This document shows, one piece after another, positions 53,224 through 64,000 of a stretch of 64,000 nucleotides of DNA. Each line of letters starts with the position of its first letter. Within the stretch, counting starts at the first letter, position 1. Under the pieces are notes generated by a model that saw only the letters and a program-made list of their open reading frames with translations, searched no databases and was not told the origin of the DNA. The translations under genes were made by a program, and so were the position numbers. Origin of the DNA: the human T2T-CHM13v2.0 reference genome, Homo sapiens; the NCBI RefSeq assembly GCF_009914755.1, contig NC_060926.1; one strand, written 5' to 3'.

Positions 53224-54581
53224 GGCCAACTAGAGGTTAACTAAGGTGACTGGAGTGGGTAAAATACAGAACAGCCAGCAGCCTATTCTCATCTCTCATC
53301 TCAGATTGATTACAGCAAATCACAAGGCTAGACACTCAGTTTCAGGACTCAATTGCTATGTTCTTTCAGTTCTTACCAATTTTGTGCTTTTTAGTCTTGT
53401 GATGGAAGAGATAGGCTGACAATCAGAACCTTGGCATGGATCACAGCTTTAATTCACCTACATCAATTTGTGGTCTTTGTGTCCTCCATCCTGAGAAAGG
53501 AGACTGTCTGTGATAATTTAGAGACAGATTTGATCTTTATGAAGATAAGCAACAGGATAGTGAGCTCTTGAACATATAGTAGTTAGTAGAAAAGTGAACA
53601 AAAAGCACACAAAACACTTACTGAGTTTAATCAGATATAGTTAGGAAAACAGTTTGAGTATTTATTTTTGAAGTCTAGTAGACTGTATTCATTCTGAAGT
53701 AAATACCATGTCACAATGGTGAATGAAAATTTAGTTTTTGAAAAAGTATTGTATGTTCGGTTTTTGAAAAAATTTTAGATACCTGGAAAATACTCTTTGT
53801 CTACATCAGGAAGTTTTTCAAAATACCTGAAAGTTAAATTCCATTATAAAACTAGGACAGTAGGAATCCATGCATCAAAATATATTTAACCTTATACAAA
53901 TACAAGATTGTTTTGTTTTTATTGTGCTGTCAAAGTAGTGTCAGTTTGGTTGCTTTTGGTGCCTTGTCTCATTTATTATGACAGGAAGTTCCTTTTCCCA
54001 TTCTCTCTTAGGACATGATGTGGCTGCATCTTGATTGACTATGGATGTTTCTGCAGAGCTTTTAAAGCATGGCTCATTGGATTATAAAGAATTGTTTTGT
54101 TATATGGTTGCTCAAGCTAGTGCTTTTGCTTGCATTACCCCAAAGTTTCTTTGTCACTTACTTCCTGTGCAGAAGTTGTCTACCTATTCTAGATTATGGA
54201 AATAACTCAGATGAGCTTCGTCAGCAAGAAGGAAGATGCATTTAACATTTTTTCCCAAGGCTAAACTATGTACTATAAGTTATTCGAATTAGATAAAAAC
54301 AGGAAAAAAATATATCACTATAGAATGTCTAGAAAAGTGGTTTATGTTTGTTCAACTGTTCTTTCATTTAAAAATATTTCACTTAATTAAAAACTATTCT
54401 CTTGTAAAAGATAAGTATATTTAATTTTAATGAAAATTTGGCTCAATGGAATTTTGACTGCATGGAAACAACTGTTTAAAATGAGAATTCAAAGGATCCT
54501 TATTGATGATCTAGTCTTACCTCCTCATTGACAAAGAGTAGATTTTTACTTTTAGGGAAGAGCTTATATTTCCCTCATTTG

Positions 54582-54916
<335 letters not shown>

Positions 54917-55085
54917 TGTTTTTATTTAAAAAAAATTAAATTGAGGACTTGAAGTTTTTATTTAGGATTAAAGGATAGTTTTTAAAATTTAGTAGAGAAA
55001 CACATTATTTCACTGGAAGGTAGTTTGCCAAAATATTTACAATGCTTACCTCTGATTGGTTAGATTACGGTTTAATTTTTTTTCA

Positions 55086-55461
<376 letters not shown>

Positions 55462-55514
55462 TTATAAAGTACATTTTGGCTTTAATAATTAATGTTTCAC
55501 AATTTTAGATGACA

Positions 55515-57821
55515 TTTTAAAAATTGTAGTAAAAACACAATGTGAGATCTACCTTTTTAGTAAACTTTTAAATGTGTAATACATTATTGTTGACTATAGC
55601 TACAATGTTGTACAGCAGATATCTAAAGTTTATTCATTTTGCTTGACTGAAACTTTATTCCCGTTGATTATTAACTCCCCATTTCTCCTCCTGCAGGGCC
55701 TGGCAACCATAGTTACTCTCTTTGATTCTGTAAATTTGAGTATTTTGTTAATACATACCTAAGTGGAATTATGTAGGATTTGTGTATCTGTGACTGGCTT
55801 ATTTCACTTAGTACAGTGTCCTCAAGGTTCATCTATGCTTTGCAGATTGCAGAATTTTCTTTTTTTTAGAGTTATTTTTAAACGTATATGCCACATTTTC
55901 TTTATTCATTGCTCACTGGACATTTAGGTCCACCTCTTGGCTAATGTGAAGTGTTGCACTGTACATAGGCATGCTGGTCTCTCTTTGAGATCCTGATTTC
56001 AATTATTTTGGATAAATATCCAGTATTAATTTCTAGAACATATAATAGTTTTTTTTTAAGTTGTTTGAGAAACCTCTGTACTTTCATCCGTAATGGCTGC
56101 ACCATTTTGTATTCCCATCAACAGCTGTGTAAGAGTCCCAATTTCTCCATACCCTGGTCAATACCTGTTGCCTTTTGTCTTTTTGATAATAGCCATCCCT
56201 AACAGGTGTGAGGTGATATCTCGTGGTTTTGATTTGCATTTTCCTGTTGGATTAGTGATGCTGAGAACCTTTTCATGTTCCTGTTGGCCATTTGCATATC
56301 TTTTTTGGAAAAAATGTCTATTCAGATTCTTTGCCCATTTTTTAATTGGGCCATTTGTGTTTTTTTTTTTAATATTGAGTTATAGGAGTTCTTTTATATT
56401 TTGGAGATTATCCTCATAATATATGTGTCTTGCAGTATTTCCTCCCATTCTATAGTGCTTGTTTTTCACGCATTGTTGATTGTTTTCTTTGCTGTGCAAG
56501 AGCTTTTTAGTTTGATGTAGTCCCACATGTTTATTTTGTTGCTTGTCCTTTTGGTGTCATCTGTAACATCATTGCCAAGACCAATGTAATGAAGCTTTTC
56601 TCTTAGGTTTTCTTTTAGGAGTTTAACAATTTTGAGTCGTATGTTTAAGTCCTTAATCTATTTTGAGTTGAGTTTAGTGTACGTTGTAAGATAAGGGTAC
56701 AATGTCACTTTTTTTGCATGTGGCTATCCAGTTTTCTCAACACCATTTGTTGAAGAGAGTATCCTTTCTTCATTGTATGTTCTTAGCACCCAGATCAATT
56801 GACTATATTTGTATGGGCTTATTTCTGGGTTCTGTGTTCTGTTCCACTGGTCTATATATCTGTCTTTGCTCTGGCTCCATACTGTTTTGGTGTTTTGTAA
56901 TTAATACATTTTGGTATCAAGAAATGTGATGCCTCCAGCTTTGTTTTTTCTGGATTGTTTTGGCTATTTGGGGTTTTTGTGGTTTCATATGAATTTTAGA
57001 TATTTGTTCTAATTTTGCAAAAACTACTATTGGGATTTTAATCAGAATTGCGTTGAATGTGTAGATTACTTTGAGTAGTATGAATATTTTAACAATATTG
57101 TCTTTCAATAAATACAGGATGTTTTTCCATTTATTCATATCATAATTTCTTTTATCAGTAATTTGTAGTTTTCAGTATACAAATCTCTCCTTAGTTAAGT
57201 TTATTTCTAAGTATTTTATTATTTTGGAAATGTTGTGGCCTTTTCACTCCTGTAGTTTGGTGGGCAGGAGTGTTACAGTTCTGCTGCCCTCAGCTCAGCG
57301 AGCAGGAGCATTACAGCTCTTTCACTCCGACAGTTCAGCAAGTTCTGAGTTCTTGTCCCGTGACCAGGAGGAATAAGACACGTGGACACCAGAGAGGGTG
57401 TAAGTCAGAATAGAATTTATTGAATGAAAGTAAAGCTCTTGACAGCAAGAGGGGACCCAAAAGTGGGTAGCTGTCTGTGAGGCTGAGTCCAGGGTTTTTA
57501 TGGACTTAGAATGTGGGAGTGCATGCTGATTGGTTTATGGGTGGGCTGGGAAAAGGCACCATTCATTTGGTAAAAGGGCATAATTCAGAAAGAAACAATT
57601 GGCAGAGAGTGGATGAGATGAGGAAGGAAGTTCTTACTCCAGTCTGTGGATTGTATCTAGAGTGGTAGCTCGGTTTTTAGGCTTTAGATTGTCCTTGGCT
57701 TGAAGGTTAAGTTTCACTGGGGACCTGTCCCTATCTGTCTGGGAATTTGTCTGTCTCCTGTCGCTATCAGTACTATTATAAATAAGATCATTTTCCTCAT
57801 TTCCTCTCCAGATAGTTCATT
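55515..57821 (-). mobile_element. L1MA8/9-like 3' portion, interrupted by an LTR
   Basis: TGTGAGATCTACC..TACAATGTTGTACAGCAGAT.. 3'UTR; ORF2 remnants. Confidence 0.85.
57231..57769 (-). mobile_element. ERV1 solo LTR, MER52/LTR27/LTR28 group
   Basis: Minus strand starts TGATAGCGACAGGAGACAGACAAATTCC..GGTCCCCAGTGAAAC..CCTTCAAGCCAAGGAC; AATAAA on the minus strand. Confidence 0.8.
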
Positions 57822-58052
57822 TCCATTTCTATTCAACATAATATTGGAAGTCCTAGTCAGAGCACTTAGGCAAGAAAAAGAAATAAAGGCATCCAAATTG
57901 GAAAAGAGGTAAAATTCTCCCTATTTATTGATGACATGATCCTATATGTAGAAAACTTAAACACTCCATTAAAAAACTGTTAAAACTAATAAACAAATTC
58001 AGTAAAGATGCATGTTACAAAATCAAATTACAAAAATCAATTGTGTTTGTAT
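57822..58052 (+). mobile_element. Inverted 5' segment of the same L1 (ORF2 RT region)
   Basis: ..FLFNIILEVLVRALRQEKEIK.. on + strand directly abutting the minus-strand L1. Confidence 0.85.
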
Positions 58053-61000
58053 ATCCCCATTTTTAAATTTCAAATTCGTCAACAATAAATTTAAATTAGA
58101 CCTATGCCTGTATAAATTATAAACTTTTATATATATGAATTGAAATTAATGGTGTTTATATTTTAACTTGAAATATTTGTGCATTCATGTATGTATTCAT
58201 AAATATATATGTATAAAACAAAGGTAAAATATATAGGAGATTTTTCTTTTAAAGCGGTTTTTACTAAAATTTCAGAAATAAAAAAATGAGAGGTTATCAT
58301 TCCCAGCCCTTTATTGTTAGTACTTTTATCAACCTACTTTACATTTATCAATCACTTAAATGTTTTTTGAGTGCCCAATATGTGTCAGGCTAAGGCTTAA
58401 AACCACACACAAAGGATAGCTTTTGCAAATCTTTTGATCTGGTAGAGTGCTAACATGCATATATGAAGAATTTCAGATAATATGATAGATTATATAGATA
58501 GATTTATAGAGAGTGGAGTGACCATTCTTGCTGGGGAGTGGGCCACTCCAATGCCTGCTTAATTTGGAAAGGAGCTTTAGAGGCAGAGGGACAAGTAATG
58601 CTGAAGAATAGATGTATGAAGGACTCAAAGCAGAAGAATGGAAAATCCGATCTGTAATTTTAGAAATATCATTTGAACTTTATCCAACTTCCAGGAGTGA
58701 AAACACCTTAACCAGTGTTAAATAGCTGTTTCTTAATTTGTTTTTATTCAAAGAAAAAGTATTGGACCAAAACCTCTGTTTTTATATTTTATTGTACTTA
58801 TTTATATTTCATGTGTGTTAAAAATCCAAAATTAAAAAGAAATATTCGCAACTTAAATAATCATTGACTAACTGCTGGACACACTTTTTTTTTTTTTTTT
58901 GACCTGGTCTTTCTTGACATAATCTACCTTTTCATTTCTTTTTAAATGTAGTTTTTAATCAATCATGTTGTATATCTTTTAAATATTTTATTTCTTCAGC
59001 TCAAAATTCTCCTAATTTTTTTCAGCCTGAGATTCATAATTTTTTAAAAGTGCTAATTAGTGATTAATATACCCAGGAATTATTATATCACTGGTCCTTT
59101 GAAACTTTATAAATTTTGATGTATTGATTGGTTAATTTCTAAGAACTAGTTCAATTGCAATTGTACTTGCACAGGTACATATGTATATGTATACACACAC
59201 ACATATACATATATATATATATATTCATAATTAAATTTATCTCTGAAACTAAATATAGACCTTCCCCTTAACCCCCTCCTTTACTTAAATAGCCCTGGGA
59301 AATTTGATATTTGATTTACTATTTAGTGAACATGTAATTTAATAATGAAAACTTAAGATTTGCTTTTCATTTTAAATTATGAAACTCTGATATGTTTTAT
59401 TTATTATGTGCACATTTATTTAAAATAAATAGAGCAAACATTCAAATTTAATTGATAATTTTGATACAATTTTTAAAATCCATGTTTAAATTCAAGTGGG
59501 AATTTTTATTTTTGAAAATCTCTGAGGCACATTATAAATAAATTTTTTAAACTACTATGAAAGTACCTTTTCCTTTATTAAGCTTTTTCCAGTATTCTCA
59601 GGTTATAGATATAATAAAACTCTTTTTGCTTACTTTGTGACCATACATGAGAACAGTGGAGGATCTCTGTGCCTGTGCTAATTAGAGGCACCCTCCTTGT
59701 ACAGCACTATTTAATTCTCTGCTCTTTCGGTTTCCAGATGCCTGTACTCTTCAAACATCTCTTTGACCTGTAGACTGAGAAGCACTACCCAGAACTTGAG
59801 ATTTCCACTAATCTCTAGTGCTATATAATCTGCTTTTCAAGAGTCAACTAAATTTGGTTTCTTTTCCTTGCCTACCTATTTCCAGTTTATTCACTATTCT
59901 ACAGGATGAAAGGAAAATCAGGTTCCACCAGCTAAGGGTGAACTTTGGAGAAACTCTATGTTAGCTAAATAATCACATCTTTCTTTTCTGTTGCACCACA
60001 CTCAAAATAGCTTAGTAAATTAGTAGCTTAGTAAATTATTATTATAATCATCTTATTTTAAAAGATGAAGAAATAGCTTTATTTGTTGAAAACAGTTGAA
60101 TGTGTAGGAACAATTATTTCCACTTTATGGTACTAATGGAAAAATTAAATTAGACAGTATATGATTTTTCCTAGGCAATATAGGTAATGATAGTGAGAAT
60201 TAATACCTATTTTTCCAAGTAATATTCTTTTTGCTACACAGTGCTGTTTATTATTATATATGCCTTCATTATTTTGAAATAAAACAATTGTTCCATTCAG
60301 AGATTACATCATTATGATTCAATTGCATTTTAAGAGTATTATATTCTTTTAAAACGTACTCTTAGATATCTTGAGAGGGAGAGCATTGTTTAGATTTTAA
60401 AAATGTGATATAAAAACAAAGTTTCTCTGCTAATCAGTATTTTCTAGCTCTTTCTAATTTTAGTAACTTATGAATATAAAGGGTTTATTGTGAAAAATTT
60501 TAACATGTTAAAATAGTTTTCAGATGAGGTAACAGAAATATAAATGTTCATGATTAGTTAGCTTTTCAAATTAGATAGAATTGAATTGAAAATAGCATTT
60601 TAATTTTAAATTTTATTTCTCTCATCTGCTTCTAGAAAATGGCATTTTAAAAATATATAATATTTTTAAAATTATTTCACACTTCTATAATGTTTCTATT
60701 TTCTACAATACACACACACATACATACTAGACATGAATTTTAGTCCTAAAATATACCTTCAAAATCAAATGTAGCTCTGCCTCATTTCAGGAGGAAGCTG
60801 TGGTATTTCATTTAATATAGGCTTTAAAAAATAATTTTATAGGCTTAAATGTGCTCTTATTGCAGGAATCATTCTCTGGGCTTGTGGTATAAGTCATTCA
60901 GTGAAATTAGAATGTCAAGTGCAAAACTGAATACCAAAGGTTGTTATTTGGATTGATGAAAAAGATCTAGTAACTAGTAACAAATGGAAAATGCCTATTT

Positions 61001-61114
61001 AAAAATTGCAAATATTTTATTGTTTTAAATTTTTATGTGTGTCAATTTTATAATACAAAAATCTCATCAAAATTACTAATATGAATTGAATGGAGTTTAT
61101 TATAATCATTGCTT

Positions 61115-62745
61115 TTAATTTGTATTATAAAAAGTTTCAAGCAGGAACAAAAGTACACAGAGTAGTGTAACGAGGCCTCATGTATCTACTGTCCACCTTC
61201 ATTGATTTCAATGCATGATCATTCTGTTCATGTATATGCTCATTTTGCAACCTTACTCCCAATATTATTTTGATGCAAATTTCAACAATATATTATTTCA
61301 CTTATAAATATTTCTGTGTGAATTTCTAAAAAAGAAAACTATTTACATGCAAGTACTATGCCATTATCACATTAAAATAATTAGTAATAATTCTTTAATG
61401 TCATCAATAGCTACCCAGGTTTCAAATTCCCAATTGTCTCATCAAAATTATAATATTTTGAATTTACTTGTTTGTAAATATAACCTCTACTCTCTAACAT
61501 GTCTATAATTTTCACATTTTTATATGTCTTTATTTTAGTCTCTTTAATCAATAAGTTTTTCCGTAATTTTTTTCTCTCTGTTTTTGTTTCCCATGTAACA
61601 AATAAATGTCATTTGTGCAGTAGAGTTTCCCACAGTCTGGATTTTAATGATGGCATCCCTGTAGTTTAACAGGTTCATCAGTTTATGGAATTTCTTGTAA
61701 AATGTTAGCTAGATATAAAGGTTTGATCAGAATCATGTCTGATTTTCTTTTGGCAAGTCTATTTCATAGTGGTAATGTGTTCTTTCATTGGGAGTTATAT
61801 TTGGCTTGTTTCTTTTTTTCGATATTAGTACCAACTGATGCTCAATGACTTTACTGATTTTTCAGGGATTGAAAATGGTTGTTCCAATCTTATCATTACT
61901 AACATACTAATTAACAGAATACTTCTAAAAAACATCACCACTGCCCATCACCTACTACTGGATTATCTAGTGAAATAATTTATACAGGAAAGTCAAGATA
62001 ATTAGATGATTCTTTCCCTTCATTTGCTGACTCTCAAAATAATGAATTTATTTTCTAGCATTGTTTAATGATGAGTGATGATCTGTTGTTATGAGCTTAT
62101 GGATTTAGACATACTTGACATATTTCAACCTGTTGCAGTTTATTATTCTAATCCATGGTTTGTTACTCTTCTCATTTTAATTAGTGGAGTCTCCTCAACT
62201 TTGAACTAAGACTTTGTACCACTCTTGCCCTAGACTGTGAATCAGCCATTTGTCCAAGGAACTTTGGTTTTGGGGGTTGTAGTTTCCAGTCTTTCAATAG
62301 TCAGAGTTCTTTTTTCTTTAAGATAAACTATGTCTTGTATTTACACAGCTTGTTCTAATTCAGAATCAGGACTGCAGCAGTTTTACATAACCGTTTATCT
62401 TACATTTATATCTCTTTTCACGTATATTTTCCAGTTCTCAATAGCACTGAAGGTAATAGAATTAGAGTATCACTTTCATCCCATGTTGCACACAAAAGAG
62501 ACATAGAATAACAATTCAAATACTACCTCATCTATATGAGTACTGAGTTTAAAATTTGTTTGCATTTCTTTTTGTCTTCATGATGTATCTTCTTAGGGGT
62601 ATTACAGTCAAATTATTATGTTTTAACATCACATGAAATAGCTCCTGTCTCAATGCTTATACTACCAATTGGATATGTATCTAGGATCGTATTTTCATTT
62701 TATTTTCTATTGTCAGAAATTGCCCTTTTTAATTTAATTTTTTAC
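61115..62745 (-). mobile_element. Old L1MC-type 3' region
   Basis: AAAAGTACACAGAGTAGTGTAACGAG..CATGTATC; AGAGTTTCCCACAGTCTGGATTT; AATCAGCCATTTGTCCAAGGA. Confidence 0.65.
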
Positions 62746-62747
62746 AT

Positions 62748-63508
62748 TTAAAGTGGTTTATTCTGAGCCAAATATGAGTGACCCTGGATTGTTACACAGT
62801 CTCAGGAAGCCCTAAGAACATATGCCTCTAAGTAGGTGTTTGGGATATAGCTTGGTTTTATATATTTGAAGGAGGCAAGTTACAGGCAAATACATAAATC
62901 AATACATGTAAGGTATACACTGGTTCAGTCCAGAAAGGCTGGACATATCACAGTGATGGCAGGGAGGGTGGGCTCACAGGTTGTAAGTGGATTCAAAGAT
63001 TTTCTGACAGGCAATTGGTAGAAAAAGATAACCTCTGCCTAAAGAGTTGAACTTAGCAGAAAGAGATGCTTGAGTTAAGATAAGGTAGATAAGATCGCTA
63101 GAGTTAAGACTCTAGTTGTGAAAATTTAGGTTTTTATTATGTAGATGAAGCTTCCATAGAGCAGGCTTCAGAGAGAATAGATGGTAAGCCTTTCTTATTG
63201 GGACCTTAAAAGGTGTGAGACACTTACTTCTTTCCTGGATCAGGAAAAGACCTGGAAAGGGAAGGAGATTCTGTACAGAATACAGATTCCCCCATAAGAG
63301 ACAGCTTTGCAGGATCATTTCAGAATGTGTCAAATAAATATATTTTGGGGTAAAATACCTTTATTTCCCTCAGGGCCTTCTACCTGTTATGTGATGCTAT
63401 ACCAGAGTCAGGCTGGAATTTGGTTATCTTATACAACAGTCTCTTTTGTTAGTTCTGTGATCTCTGTTTTAATATTAAAGCTTGTCAGTTGTTCTTAACC
63501 TCAAAAAT
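62748..63508 (-). mobile_element. MER4-family (ERV1) LTR
   Basis: GGTTTATTCTGAGCCAAATATGAGTGACC; ACATAAATCAATACATGTAAG; GCAGGCTTCAGAGAGAATAGATGGTAA. Confidence 0.82.
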
Positions 63509-63509
63509 G

Positions 63510-64000
63510 TAGGAGTTTCTTTATAGCAATGTGAGAACAGACTAATACAGAAAGTTGGTACTGAAGAGTGGAGCATTGTTATAAAGATACCTGAAAATGT
63601 GAAAGTAACTTTGGAACTGGGTCATGGGCAGAGGTTAGAAGAGCATGCAGGGCTCAGAAGAAGACAGAAAGATGAGGGAAAATTTGGAACTTTTGAGAGA
63701 CTTATTAAATTGTTGTGACCAAAATGCTGACAGTGATATGAACAGTGAAGTCCAGGCTGAGGAGGTCTAGATGGAAATGAAGAATTTATTGGGAACTGGA
63801 GCAAAGGTCACTTTTGTTATAGGTTAGGAAAGAGCTTGGTTGCATTTTGCCTCTGCCCTAGGGAACTGTGGAACTTTGAACTTACGAGTGATGATTTAGG
63901 GTATCTGGAGGATGAAATTTCTAAGGAGCAAAGTGTTCAAAATGTAACCTGGCTACCTCTACTAGCCTGTGCTCATATGAATGAGCAAATAAATGATGTA
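63510..64000 (+). mobile_element. MST-type LTR 3' stub plus MaLR internal start (runs off the window)
   Basis: TCTTTATAGCAATGTGAGAACAGACTAATACA|GAAAGTTGGTACT...AAAGATACCTGAAAATGTG..GGCTCAGAAGAAGACAG. Confidence 0.85.

Overview
This is human/primate genomic DNA: AT-rich, CpG-depleted, with no CpG island and dense in interspersed repeats. I find no credible protein-coding region; every supplied ORF maps to a repeat, low-complexity sequence or chance. The one genic feature is a 127-nt exon at 20559-20685 (+) with canonical AG/GT sites. From memory it matches the non-coding 5'UTR exon 2 of GULP1 (CED-6 homologue, 2q32), which would make the window the end of intron 1, exon 2 and the start of intron 2; this should be confirmed by BLAT. 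The rest is Alu, L1 (a near full-length antisense L1PB, a long sense L1M, a young L1PA and a 5'-inverted L1MA), L2/MIR, MaLR/ERV elements (including a two-LTR THE1B just downstream of the exon) and Tigger/Mariner MITEs. I did not find a new biological system. The best second-look items are an overlapping uORF cluster in the exon, a templated-insertion scar in a nested ERVL/LTR22/THE1 cassette, two fold-back mutations in THE1 LTRs, an L1 and an Alu sharing one target site, a twin-priming inversion in an old L1, and an ETS motif cluster. Repeat subfamily names come from recalled consensus sequences; boundaries without TSD support are approximate.
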